Below, in pieces: positions 11,520 to 24,065 of a stretch of 56,255 nucleotides of DNA. This stretch comes from Prorocentrum cordatum (Eukaryota). Location of the stretch: contig CAUYUJ010000099.1 in assembly GCA_963575745.1 (NCBI GenBank), forward strand, positions 62,001 through 118,255, in the 5' to 3' direction. Numbering within the stretch: position 1 is the stretch's first letter; each line of letters begins with the position of its first letter. The translations under genes and the position numbers were made by a program. The notes below the pieces were generated by a model. That model was not told the DNA's origin. It ran no database searches and saw nothing but the letters and a program-made list of their open reading frames with translations.

Positions 11520-13182
11520 TATAAGCGCTTTCCCATTCCACCTTTTTTTACCCCGACGACGCAGGGAGGCCCCGCTGGGAGTCGCTCCGCCTGGCGCGGT
11601 GCAGAGCAGATGGTCGTGACCGCCGCCGCTCGCGGCCGCGCGCACCCAAGACATCCGCGCGGAGCCCCAAGAGTTGATGTCTATGGCGTTTGTTGTTCTT
11701 TCTTCTCTGCCCCGGGCAGCTCCCCTGCGCGCGGGCGCCGCCTGGGCAGCCGGGCAGCGCGCTCTCCCTCCCCGTGCTGCCGCTCGCAGCTCCTCGGGGA
11801 GCGCGACTCGCGCGCCACCGACGATCGGAGCGGTGCTGCACTCCACCCGGCCTGGCACGGCCAGTGGCTCAAGGGCTCCCACGAGGGCGCGCTTCGCGCT
11901 CCGCGGGCCTCATTCCTCCTCCCCCTCCTCCTCGTCCTCCTCTTCTCCCTTGGGGGGGGGGGGGCGGCGCGAGAGCGCGAGGTTATTCGCGCTTCGCGGA
12001 GCGCGAAGCGCGAGGTTGGGAGCCCTAGCGGCCGGAATGGCAGACCACCGGGCACGGCCTGCGGAAAGGGGCCAGGCGCCTTGCCCAGGGCTCTGGCCCA
12101 GGCCCCTGCGCGGCGTGCGGCACCGCGCTGGCGCTTGGTCGTGACAGCCCCACCGCGGCTCCCTGTCGTTGGTGAAGAAGTTCCGGCCGGCTCAGCGGAC
12201 CCCCAGGGGGTGCGGATCCCTTCTCGAGCAGTGGCGAAGCGTCCCGGCTCGCTTATAGTCCCACCGAACAATGCTCTGAGAACCTTTTGTGGTTTCCGCG
12301 AGATGTTCTTAGAACATTTCTGGCGGGGCCTGTCTTATTTTAACACATCGGGCTTATGTCATAAGAGCATTGTTTTTGGTCTTGGAATATGTTCGGGTCC
12401 TAAGAACATTTCGTGGTAGGACTATAGGGATGCCGAGACGGTCGGTCCCTGCTCAACCTTCGCCTGGTGCGGAGGTCATGTCCAGCACCCAGTCGCCCCT
12501 GCAGCTGATGTCTTCTTTGGTGTCGGTGCACTTGCGGCTTGGGATTCCCGCCGAGCCAGCTCGTCCCACTTAAAGAGCGTCTTGTCTGTCACCACCTCAA
12601 TCCCAGGGGGTGTTCGCCAACTCGGCCTCCTGTCCGTCCTGCGTTCGAACCCACTCCCCGCCCCACCAGACGCTGACGGCTTGACAGCCAGGTGGGTGAT
12701 TGCGACTGGTTCCATCTGGGGCAAGCGGTCGGGGAGAAGTATACACTCCTCCACACCTTCCTCCTCCTCCTCCTCCTCCTCCTCCTTCTCCTCCTCTGCA
12801 CTCCCCCCTTCGTCCTCCCCCTCGTCCGCCTCATCGTCGCCTCCCCCCCCCCACTGGTGAAGGCACATAGTACCCCCATCAACCGCTGACGTCAGCCCCA
12901 TTAAACCTGTCCCCAGGTATTCGTGTGCTTGTGCTCCCACTTCGCTCTGGATCACCGGCTCTGCAGCTGACGCGCGGGGGCAGCGAGGACCCCCCCGCCC
13001 CTCCGAGAACCGAGCTTTTTTGGGGGAGGGAGGGCAGACGGCGAGATCCTGAAGTGCCGTTTCGATCGATTCTCGAGGCTCGAATCCGCAAGAGGTGAAT
13101 CACCGGACGGATTGATTTTCGGGGTGCAAGAACCCATATGGATCTCACCCTGAGCCCTCCACCCTGAGAAAAGGCTCAGGAT

Positions 13183-13380
13183 CGAAGAAAAAAACACACA
13201 TAAGCATAGACGTTCGACGCTCCGCGCGGATTTCTCGGATCTGCGCTAGGGCCCCCTGGCGGCGCCTCAGGCGCCGCCCCATGGCGCGCTCCGCGCGCCA
13301 TGGAGGGGGGCCCAGCGCAAATCCAAGAAATTCGCGCGGAGCGCCAAAAGTTGGTGTTTATGTGGTGTTCTCTTCTCTTG
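13183..13380. mobile_element. MITE family C copy 2
   Basis: Homologous to 8925-9120. Confidence 0.85.
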
Positions 13381-13504
13381 GCATCGCTCGGACGTGTGCA
13401 TTTCTTCTCGGCGAGGGCGATCGAGGAGCATCCTTGATCATTTAGCGAAAAGGCCACGCGCGAAACCGAAAAAAAGCACAGGGAATAGACGTCCGAGCGA
13501 TGCC
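13380..13504 (+). mobile_element. ~125-bp MITE family D, copy 1
   Basis: TIR ggcatcgctcggacgt...acgtccgagcgatgcc. Confidence 0.8.
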
Positions 13505-13980
13505 AGGGGTTTTCTCTTCTCCTACAGTAGAAGTTCGCATGCTGCCGTGGCGCCACGCCCGGGAGGGGGAGGAGGAGGAGGAGGGGGAGGGGGAGGGGGA
13601 GGGGGAGGAGGAGGAGGCGGAGGCGGAGGAAGAGGAGGAGGAGGAGGAAGAGGAGGAGGAGAGGGAGGAGGAGGAGGAGGAGGAGGAGGAGGAGGAGGAG
13701 GAGGAGGAGGAGGAGGAGGAGGAGGAGGAGCAGAAGAAGGCGAGGCGGCGCACGGCGGAGCGCCCCGCGGCAGGGCGGGCCGCGGCACCTGCTGCGCGGG
13801 CCGGCGCCTGCGGAAGCGCAAGAGCGCTCGGCGAGCAGGCCGAAGCTCGGGTCGGGCGAAAGGGGGGGTTTTAAAACAGGGCTAGGGGGGGTTTTTAAAA
13901 CAGGGTTTTAAAAGGGGGGGGGGTTAAAACAGGGATAAATCGCTCTCAGAGCGGTCGGCAGCGCACCTCCCGCCACTCGC

Positions 13981-14104
13981 CATCGCTCGGACGTCCACTC
14001 CCTGTGCTTTTTTCCATCTCGCGCGTGTTTTTTTTTTCTCGCTGAATAATCAAAGATGCTCCTCGATGGCCCTCGCCGAGGAAAAATGCACACGTCCGAG
14101 CGGT
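13981..14104 (-). mobile_element. MITE family D copy 2 (inverted)
   Basis: Reverse-complement homologue of 13380-13504. Confidence 0.8.
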
Positions 14105-14649
14105 GCCGAGGCCAACCTCCCCCCGAGGGGGCCTAAAACAGGGCTAGGATCGGGATAAATCGCTCCAGAGCGTTCCGGAGCGCTCTCAGAGCGTTCCGGA
14201 GCGCTCTGGAGCGGCCGCGGCGCCCAATGCGTCCTCCAAACCCGCCGCTTCTCAGAGATTTCGAGTCATCCCGATCCGATTTTGTCCCGATCTTCGCGTC
14301 GTTTTAGGTTTGGGAAAGGCGGGGTTACGAAATCTGCTGCATGCAGTTGGTTTCGGCCTCGCCGCCGGGCCCATTCCTCGATGCATGGGCGCCTCCTGCG
14401 CCGGGAGGCGCCGGGAAAATCAGCCACGTGAGCTGATTCTCAAAGCCCCCCTTTGCTATCCCCCCCTTTCGCCCGACCCGAGAAGCAGGGCGGCCCAGGC
14501 GCCTGCAGTCGTCAAGCGCTGCCGGCAGTGTTCTTCGGGGGCGGCAAGGAGGGGGGTGATGACCAGGGGGGGTGGATATCATGGCGGGGGCCATAATTTT
14601 TCCGCTGATTTCATGGCGCCTCTTCTTATTTCATTACGTCCCTGGCCCT

Positions 14650-17600
14650 CTGCAGTGGGGGAGTCGGTTTAAGGAATGTCTACATCCCTCGTCGAAATTG
14701 AACGCAAGTTTTAGCCGCGACCTGGCGGCGCCCCCCGACCCCCATTTTCAATGTTCACGCCGACGCCGGCGACTCCGAGATTTTCTCCGGACCCCGCCGG
14801 CCGCGATGCGCCTGTCGATGAACATTGAAATTTGGGGGCGACGGGGGTGGAAAAACTTGCGTTTAATTTCGACGAGGGTTGAAGGGAAACGAACAATGAC
14901 GTAAACATCGAGATTCGGAGGTCTGCGCTGATGTCTTGGATCGCCAAACGTGGCTAGCAAGCAGTGCTCTGCAGTGGGGGAGTCGGTTAAAGAATGTGTA
15001 GGGGAACGAGCAATGACGTAAACATAACAAAAATCGGAGGTCCGCGCGGATTTACTGGATCGCAAAACGTTGCTGGCAAGCAATGTTCTGCAGTGGGGGA
15101 GGCGGTTAAGGAATGCGTAGGGGAACGAACAGTGACATAAACATAAAAACTCGGAGGTCCGCGCGGATTTCTTGGATCGCCAAACGTTGCTAGCAAGCAG
15201 TGTTTTGCAGTGGAGGAGTCGGTTAGGGAATGTGTAGGGGAACGAACAATGACGTAAGCATCAAAACTCGGAGGTCCGCGCGGATTTCTCGGATCGCCAA
15301 ACGTTGCTAGCAGACAGTTTGTTGAAGAAGGGGGGGTCGGTTAAGGAATGTGTAGGGGAACGGACAATGACGTAATCATAACAACTCGGAGGTCCGCGCG
15401 GATTTCTTGGATCGCCAAACGTTGCTAGCAAGCAGTGTTCTGCAGTGGGGGAGTCGGTTAAAAAATGTGCAGGGGAACGAACAGATCGTTAACATAAAAA
15501 CTCGGAGGTCCGCGCGGATGTCTTTGATCGCCACACGTTGCTAGCAAGCAGTGTTCTGCAGTGGAGGTGTCGGTTAAGGAATGTATAGGGTAACGAGCAA
15601 CGCCGTAAACATAATAACTCGGAGGTCCGCGCGAATGTTTTGGATCGCCAAACGCTGCTAGCAAGCAGTGTTCTGCAGTGGGGGAGTCGGTTAAGGAATG
15701 TGTAGGGGAACGAACAATGTCGTAAACATCGAAACTCGGAGGTCTGCGCTGATGTCTTGGAACTCCAAACGTTGCCAGCAAGCAGTGTTCTGCAGCGGGG
15801 GAGTCGGATAGGGAATGTGTAGGGGAACGAACAGTGACGCAAACATAACATCTCGGAGGTCCGCGCGGATTTCTTGGATTGCCAAACGTTGCTGGCAAGC
15901 AGTGTTCGGCAGTGGGGGAGTCGATTAAGGAATGTGCAGGGGAACGAACAATGACGTAAACATCGAAGCTCGGAGTTCTGCGTCGATTCCTTGGATCGCC
16001 AAACGTTGCTAGCAAGCAGTGTTCTGCAGTGGGGGATCGGTTAGGGAATGCGTTGGGGAATGAACACTGACGTAAACACAAAAACCCTGAGGTCCGCGCG
16101 GATGTCGTGGGGCGCCAAACGTTGCTAGCAAACAGTGTTCTGCAGTGGGGGAGTCGGTTAAGGAATGTGTAGGGGAACGTACAATGACGTGAACATACAA
16201 ATGCGGAGGTCCGCGCGGATTTACTGGATCGCCAAAAGTTGTTAGCAAGCAGTGGCATGCAGTGGGGGAGTCGGTTAAGGTATGTTTAGGGGAACGTACA
16301 ATGACGTGAACATCAAAATTCGGAGGTCCGCGCGGATTTCTTGGATCGCCAAACGTTGCTGGCAAGCAGTGTTCTGCAGTGGGGGGGGGCGGTTAAGGAA
16401 TGTGTAGGGGAACGAACAATGAGGTAAGCATAAAAATTCGGAGGTTCGTGCGGATGTGTTGGATCGCCAAACGTTGCTAGCAAGCAGTGTTCTGCAGGGG
16501 GGGGAGTCGGATAAGGAATGTGTAGAGGAACGAACAATGATGTAAATATCAAAATTCGGAGGTCCGCGCGGAGTTCTTGCATCGCTAAAGGTTGTTAGCA
16601 AGCAGTGTTCTGCAGTGGGGGAGTCGGTTAGGAATGTGTAGGGGAACGAACAATGACGTAAACATCAAACCTCGGAGGTCCGCGCGGATTTCTCGGATCG
16701 CCAAACGTTGTCACCAAGCAGTGTTCTGCAGTGGGGGGGGGGGTCAGTTAAGGAATGTGTAGGGGATCGACCAATTGCACACACACACACACAAACTCTA
16801 AGGTCTTCGCGAATGTGCTAGCTCGCCACACGTTGCTAACAAGCAGTGTTCTGCCGTGGGCGAGTCGGTTAAGGAATATGCAGGGGAACCAACAATGACG
16901 TACACATACAAACTATGAGGTCCGCGCGGGTTTCTTGGATCGCCACACGTTGTTAGCAAGCAGTGTTCTGCAGTGGGGGAGTCGGTCAAGGAATGTGTAG
17001 GGGAACGAACAATAACGTAAACATAATGACTCAGAGGTCCGCGCGGATTTCTGGGATCGCCAAACGTTGCTAGCAAGCAGTGTTCTGCAGTGGGGGAGTC
17101 GGTGAAGGAATGTGTAGGGGCACGAGCAATGACGTAAACATCAAAACCCTGAGGTCCGCGTGGGCTTCTTGGATCGTCAAACAATGCCAGCAAGAAGCGG
17201 CATGTTGTGGGGGAGTCGGTCAAGGAATGTGTAGGGAACGAACAATAGCATACTCACAACAGCTCGGAGGTCCGCGCGGATTGCTTGGATCGCCAAACGT
17301 GGCTAGCAAGCAGTGTCCTGCAGCGGGGGAGTCGGTTAAGGAATATATAGGGGACCGAGCAATGACATAAACACACAAGTTCTGAGGTCCGCGGGGATTC
17401 TTTGGATCCCCAAAAGTTGTTGGCAAGCAGTGTCCTGCAGTGGGGGGTCGGTTAGGGAATGTGTAGGGGAACGGACACTAACGTAAGCATACACCATCGG
17501 GGGTCCGCGCGGATGTCCTGGGTCGCCAAACGTTGCTAGCAAGCAGTGCTCTGCGTTGGGGGGTGTCGGCTAAGGAATGCGTATGGGGGGCGAACAATGA

Positions 17601-18285
17601 TGTAAACATAAAAACTCTGCGGTCCGCGCGGATTTCTTGGCTCGCCAAACGTTGTTGGTAAGCAGTGTTCTGCAGTGGGGGGGGGGTCGGGTAAGGAATG
17701 TGTAGGGGAACGAACAATGAGGTAAGCATAAAAACTCTGATGTTCGTGCGGATTTCTCGGATCGCCAAACATTGCTAGCAATCAGTGTTCTGCAGGGGGG
17801 GGGTCGGATAAGGAATGTGTAGGGGAACGAACAATGATGTAAACATCAAACTCGGAGGTCCGCGCGGATTTCTCGGATCGCCAGACGTTGTCAGCAAGCA
17901 GTGTTCTGCAGTGGGGGAGTCAGTTAAGGAATGTGTAGGGGGACGACCAATGACACAATCACAACAACTCTAAGGGCGTCGCGGATTTACTAGATCGCCA
18001 AACGTTGCTAGCAAGCAGTGTTCTGCAATGGGCGAGTCGGGTAAGGAATGTGCAGGGGAACGAACAATGACATAAACATAGAAACTCTGAGATCCGCGGG
18101 CGTCTTGGATTGCCAAACGTTGCTAGCAAGCATCGTTCTGCAGTGGGGGAGTCGGTCAAGGAATGTGTAGGGGAACGAACAGTTACGTAAACATAATAAT
18201 TCGAAGGTCCGCGCGGAATATTTTGCTCGCCAAGCCTTGCTACCAAGCAGTGGTCTGCATTGGGGGAGTCGGATAAGGAATGTGC
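14650..18285. repeat. Satellite array, ~118-119-bp unit, ~29 copies
   Basis: Consensus ~ggggagtcggttaaggaatgtgtaggggaacgaacaatgacgtaaacatmaaaactcggaggtccgcgcggatttcttggatcgccaaacgttgctagcaagcagtgttctgcagtg. Confidence 0.97.
14683..14881. mobile_element. 199-bp MITE inserted at a TA in the first satellite unit
   Basis: Arms ccctcgtcgaaattgaacgcaagtttt / aaaacttgcgtttaatttcgacgaggg. Removing it restores gaatgtcta-gggaaacgaac. Confidence 0.85.
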
Positions 18286-19635
18286 CCAAGAGAACGCAGA
18301 CCCTTTAGGAGTGCTTATCTGATGAGGGCGGCGGTGAGATCCATGCCCAGGCTTCAATTTGCGTTCCACCGTGTTTCAGACCTTGGGTTCCCGATCCAAG
18401 AGTTCATTATCTAATGCCCTCTTGCCGTATATGTTTTCGAGGTCCGTGCGAGAAGGAGCCAGAACAGTTTGAGGAGGCGGAGGAATGGGGGATTAGGACC
18501 TGCTTCTCTATGCGCGAATTGATTGACTTATGTCTTCAGGTATACCTCATAGCCATGTCTGGACTGCCGTCGCACTCCCTCCTCATCCAATCTATGGTCG
18601 GAAATCCAGCTGACCCTCCTTCGCCATGGCTGAGCTCCCCTCGTTGCCGCGACTGGACCCGCCTCCCCAATCGGTCCCCGCCACCTCCATCCTCCCCATC
18701 CTTTTGAATGGATTCGAATGGCTGCAGGAGCTTCCGATTCAGCTTCGAGTATTGAGGGTGGAAGCGCAGAGAGCGAGAGAGAAAGATAACGCGCCAACAT
18801 AATGATGGCAGCCAGCGGGAAGAAGCGAGCCATCAGAGGAGGGGAGGAGGGGAGCACGTGCGGAGGACGAGGAGGACGGCGGGAACATGTAGGGACGAGG
18901 ATGGGGAGGATGAGGAGGGCGAGGAGGAGGAGGAGGAGGAGGAGAAATGGTTGAGAGGGCGGAGGATGAGAAAGAGAGAAGGAGAAGGGGAGCGGGGTGG
19001 AGACGAGAGAAGTAGGACGAGGAGGGCGAGGAGGAGGAGGAGGAGGAAGAGGAGGAGGAGGAGGAGGAGGGGGAGGAGGTGCATTTCGCGCGCCTTTGAG
19101 AGCCCATCTGTAGTGCTTACCGCCCAGCCTGTCCTCGCTTCCCTTTGCATTGACAGGCGAGGCATCCAGAGGGCCATTTAGGGGGGGGGGAGGCCGCGGG
19201 GGGGGGGGGGGGGGGCGGTCCAGAAGAGGGGGAGGACCCACTCCACATGGATCCCCCCCTCTCTCTCCCTCCTCGTTCCCTCCCCTCCCCTCCCCTCCGC
19301 ACCCCCCCCCCCCCCTCCGTCCTTCCACCCCTTGCCACCCTCCCGCCATTGTCGCCCTCTGCCTCCGCCCGCACTCCCCCCCCCATATCGCCCCCCTTCC
19401 CCAAGGATGCTCCCCCGCGCGCTCCCCCCTCGGGCAGGCCTGCTCGCGCGAGGCCTGATCTCTTCGGCTGCAGCAGCCGTGCAGACAGACGTCGCGCTCG
19501 TTTGAAGCGCTGCGCCGCGCTTGACAGCGCGCAGAGGGGGGGCTGCGCGGTCAGGGGGGGTGGCCTTCCAAGGGGGGCGCGGCAGGCGCACGGCATCTAG
19601 AGGACGGTCCCTTGTAAGAGGCGCTGCGCCTTTTA

Positions 19636-19814
19636 CAGTCGAGGCGCTGAAGAAGGAACCCCTTTTCGTTGGGGAGGGGCTCCGTGCTCCTCAAGTGTTT
19701 CGCGGCTTGCCTGGGAGTTTCCTTGTGTTCTCGATCGGAAATGGAAGTTCAGCTTGTGGAAAAAAAGGGGGCCCCGTTCCCTATCTAGGGTTCCTTTGGT
19801 CAACGCCCCGACTG
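19636..19814 (+). mobile_element. Tc1/mariner-type MITE family F, copy 1
   Basis: TA|cagtcgaggcg...cgccccgactg; homologous to 30558-30732. Confidence 0.82.
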
Positions 19815-22003
19815 TCAGAGGGGGCCGCTCCCTGCCAGCTTGCGCCCCGCCCGCCCGCTCTGCCGCAGCCCCTCTTCTGCGAGCCCCCCCCCTTCGCCCT
19901 TTCCCCGCCGGCGCCCCGCCGATCTCCGTACGCGCGGCCGCCTTGCTGCGTCCGCCACCCTGCCGGGAGGGTTCTGTGCGCCCTCGCCGACCTGGCTTTC
20001 ACCTCCCCTTCCCTCCTCGTCCCTTGCTCTCGCACCGCATCCTCCCTCCTCCCTCCTCCTCCCTCCTCCCCTTCCTCCTCGTCTTCCCTTCCTCCTCCGT
20101 CTCCCCCCTCCTCCGTTCTCCTCCTCCCTGCGAACCAGTGGATGGCCCTGCCTCGTCTGACCACCAGGCGTGTCGGCAGGGCGGGAGCTGGGCGTTCGCC
20201 TCCGACCGTTTCCCCGCTTTGGGCCCCAGATCCAACAGCCACACACATGGAGCACAGGTCGTTCTAACATGTGGTCCAACTGAGGCCCTCGCCTACAAGC
20301 CGCGCGCATTCGTCTGAGAAGCACACAGCAGCTGAACCGATGGAGGACAGATCGTTGTAAAAATGTGGCTTCCGCATGGAAGCCGAGCGCAACCGTTTTC
20401 GAGGCAACATTTACACGGATAGAACACAGGACGTGTTTTTAGTATGTGACTCTCGCTGTAGCGCCACGAACACTCGATTTGATCTGTTCCAGCAGTTATA
20501 CGGATGAAGCACATGTCGTTGTCAACATGTGGCACTCTAGCGCCGCGGAAACGGGGTCGTTTTAAACATGTGGTTATCGGCTTCGCGCCGAGCACGTTCA
20601 TGCCAAACATCATCAGCTACACGGATTGCGGGTGGTCGTTTTACAACATAACACTATGCTAACCCCGTTGATCCGATATTTGAAGTTGTGTAGCAGCTGC
20701 ACGTATGGTAGGTTTGTTTTTCAAAGTAGGGTTTTCGTTTGCGTGTTCCTCCGTTGTTCATGGCCATACCTTCAAACCTTAGAGGAGATTCGCACCAGCC
20801 CATCCAGGAACGATGTCCAGGGAAGTTCCGCTTCTCGCGGGAGCGACACGTTATTTTCATATTTCGGGGAGCCTCAGTGAAACAGAGGCCTCTTTGATGC
20901 CTCGCGGACTCGATTGGGATGTCTCCTGGGGGGCGGCTCTTGAAGGCCTCTTGGGATGTCTTGGGGGACTCCTCTTGAGGTCCTTTTGGGAACCTCGTGG
21001 GGGCGTCTTGGGGGCGTTTTGGGTTTGTTTTTTTGGGGGGGAAGAGGGGCGCCTAGGAGGCGGTGTGGGGGCCATCTTGGAGGATATCGGTCAAAAAGGG
21101 GGGGAGCTACCAGGACTGCCCAAGTGGAGCCTCTCAAATCGCCCCCTGGCGCCCTCTTAGGGGTGCCCCTGGAGCTCGCTTGGGCGCTTTGGCGGCCGTC
21201 TGGCAGCCCTCTCGGGCCCCTCTTGCTCTTGGGGCTCTTTTGGGACACCTCGGAGTCAACATTGGGGCTTCGGCGGGCGTCCCAAGATGCCCCCAAGATC
21301 GCCCCCACAGCGCCCAAGAGGCCTCCAAGATGGCCTCAGGACTGCCCAAGAGGCCCCCAAGACGGCCCCAAGAAGGCACAAAGACGACCCAAGAGGCTTC
21401 CAATACGCCCAAGATGGCATTTAAGACGGCCTTGGAGCACCACAACAGGGCCCCAAATCGGCCCAGAAAGGCCACCCAAGCGGCTTCCGACGGCGTCAGA
21501 CGGGCCAGGAGCCCACCAAGATAGCCAAAATTGGTTCGAAGCTGGCCCAAGACGGCCCAAGAGGCCTCCACGAGGGCCTCCAGGAAGGCCAGAAAAAGGC
21601 CAAAGACACTAATGTTCCATAGGTGTTTGAAGGACTTTGTCATTTGCTTCGTTTCGGCCTTCGTCGGCCCGATACAGCCCAAGAGCCCCCAAAGATCGCC
21701 CAAAGATCGCCCAAGAGGCCTCCAAGATGGGCCCAGAACGCTCCAAGAGGCCCCCAAGACGGCCCAGGAGGGTTCTAAGACGCCCAAGATAGCCTCCAAG
21801 ACGGCCCTGGAGCATTCCAAGAGGGCCCCAAGTCGGCTCAGAGAGCCCCCCCAAACGGCTTCCGACGGCGTCGGACGGGCCAGGGGCCCACCAAGACGGC
21901 CGAAGATGGCACTAAGATGGCCCTGAGATTGCCCAAGAGGCCTCCAAGAGGGCCTCCAGGAAGGCCCGAAAAGGCCAAAATCATTAATCCCCCATGAGTT
22001 TTT

Positions 22004-22066
22004 CATAGGAGCGCTTGCACGTGATTGTCTGGGTCGCTCCATGGCTTTTGATCTTTCTCAAGTGCA
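22004..22066 (+). repeat. Split direct repeat A1
   Basis: 62/63 identical to 28773-28835. Confidence 0.97.
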
Positions 22067-22655
22067 TGAGTGGGGCTGGGCCATGGCCCCGGGCGGCGCC
22101 GCCACGCTCGCGGTGAGCGCCGCGGTGGGGGCGCCCGCTGCCTGGGCCGGGCTGCGCTGGGCAACGAGCTGGCTGGCGGCGCTGGTTGCCGCCTCGACCA
22201 GCTGCCCGTCCTGCGTGTGCCACGCGCCGCAGTGGCCCCCGCCCGCGCCGTCGGCGCCGCCTCCGCCGCCAGCGCCAAGCGCCGGCGCGGTGGCCGCGGC
22301 CGTGGCGCAGAAGCTCGGGCCCTGGCTGGCGGCGAACTCCTCGCCGGCGCCAGCCACCTGCCCCTCGGCCGACGAGGTGGCCGCGGCGCTGCTGGAGCGG
22401 CTGCCGCCCCTGGGGCCTGAGGGGGCCCGTGCGGCGCCGTCCGCGCCCGAGGCAGGCCCAGCCGTGGGCGAGGGCTGTCCCTTCGCCTTCATCTTGGCGT
22501 GGGGGGTCGCCTGCGGGGAGGCGGTGATCTTGGTGCGCTGCTGCGTGGCGGCCCGAGCCCGTCGGAATCATCGCCCCACTCCCCCGCCGCCGCCGCGGCC
22601 CGACGACCTTGGCCGCGGACGGCACGTTCGTCGTGGTGGGGGCGTGGTGCAGTGA
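22041..22655 (+). CDS. DIRS 5' ORF (204 aa), hydrophobic segments and CPSCVC motif, unknown function
   Basis: ATG lies inside repeat A1; ORF is intact and overlaps the next ORF. Confidence 0.6.
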   Translation: MAFDLSQVHEWGWAMAPGGAATLAVSAAVGAPAAWAGLRWATSWLAALVAASTSCPSCVCHAPQWPPPAPSAPPPPPAPSAGAVAAAVAQKLGPWLAANSSPAPATCPSADEVAAALLERLPPLGPEGARAAPSAPEAGPAVGEGCPFAFILAWGVACGEAVILVRCCVAARARRNHRPTPPPPPRPDDLGRGRHVRRGGGVVQ

Positions 22656-24065
22656 GCCCCGGCCAGGGCGCCGAGTCGGGCTCTGGTACCCACGCGACAC
22701 GGTGTGGCATGAGCGAGTGCTGCTCCACCTCGCGGGGTGCATGTACTGGTGGGTGCTGACGCCGGGCGGCGACCGGTGCGCCGAGGACGTGTCGGGTGCG
22801 GTCGGCGACGGCTGCAACAGGGCCTTCACCGTCGCGCTGGATGGCACGGCGCCCGCCTTGGCCCATGGCGCGTCCTACCGGTTCGCGCAGCCGCTGACCT
22901 GGGAGGAGCTGCGCGCCGCCGTGCTCAGGTCGAGGACTGATCCGCAGGTGCACGTTGGTGACGAGCCGCTGGTTGATCCCGAGGAGATCCATCTTCGTCT
23001 GGGAACCGAGGTGGCGCTGGAGTCTGGCGGTGTCAGGCTGGACGACGACCACGCAATGGTGAGGGAGGTCGGCGTTTGGCAGCTCGTGGAGGCAATCCCC
23101 GTCGACGCGGCGGACACCTTCAGAGACAGGCGCCCGAGGGAGCTGCTCGGGCTGGTGGAGAGGGACCCGCCCGCCGACGCCCGCGCGGGGGGGCCGCCGC
23201 TGCCGCCGCCGGCCTTGCCACCTGGCGGCGAGGCCGACCCCGCGCGCGGAGCTGCCGAGGCCGCCGGCCCCAGCGCTGGCGATCAGGACCTGAGAGGCAG
23301 GCTGGGGGCGCCCCCCCGGGGGCTGCGCGCGAGGCGGCTTCGGTCGATGACGCGAGGACTCTGTGGGTTCAGCACGACGAGCAGGGAGACCGCCACAGGC
23401 CGTGGCGCGAGGTCGCCCGCGAGACCAAGAAGTACACGTTCGAGGACTTGCCGCTTGAGGGCGGCCTCAGCACGGTGGAGCACACGGCGAAGCGCTGGGA
23501 GCAGAGCTGCGGCCCCCCTCTGCTCCGGTTGGACCTGCGGGCGCGGGGCCGCCAGCTGAGCCAGACGGACCGCAGCTACATCGAGATGAAGTGCCTGCTC
23601 ACTTCGATCTTCTACGCGGGAAGCTACTACCAGGTCAACCTACCCAGCATGGCCAGCATTGAAGTGTTGTGTCTTCGTGTGTCGCAGATCGTCGAGGCCC
23701 ACTCGGGCGCCCCCCTCAAGCCCCCGATGTGGGACGGGCTGCGGCACTACATGGGCGTGGCAGGCCCGATGGACATGATGGACCCAGCCTTGAGGACCGC
23801 ATTCTTCCGCCGCAACAAGGAGGAGATGGAGCGGGAGAGCTGGAAGAGCCGGGCTGCCGGGCCCCCTGCGCCCCGCCCCCTGGCGCTGGAGGCCGGCGAG
23901 GGGCTGTCGAGTGGGCCCTCTGGCGGCGCCGACGGGCGCGGGCGGGGCCGCGGCGACGGCCGGGGCCGCGGCGCAGACGGGCGCGGCCGCGGCGCTCCAG
24001 GAAACGGCGGCGGGCGTGGGGCGGCTGGGCGCGGTGGGAGGCCCACCGCGCCCGAGGGGGCATGA
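22609..24065 (+). pseudogene. gag-like ORF with one frameshift (~23310-23340)
   Basis: WHERVLL...WWVLTPGGD in one frame, then DDARTLWVQHDEQGDRHRPWREV...YYQVNLPSMASIEVLC..GRGRG tail in another. Positioned upstream of pol. Confidence 0.7.

Noticed and set aside
14650..18285. CRISPR-like array
   Set aside because: Units are homologous along their whole length with no unique spacers, there are no cas genes, and the context is eukaryotic. It is a satellite.
18539..18707. Candidate last NCX exon (cag|GTATACCTC, VYLIAMS..); also 12475 (VMSST..)
   Set aside because: Only superficial similarity to the NCX C-terminus; cannot be supported without transcripts.
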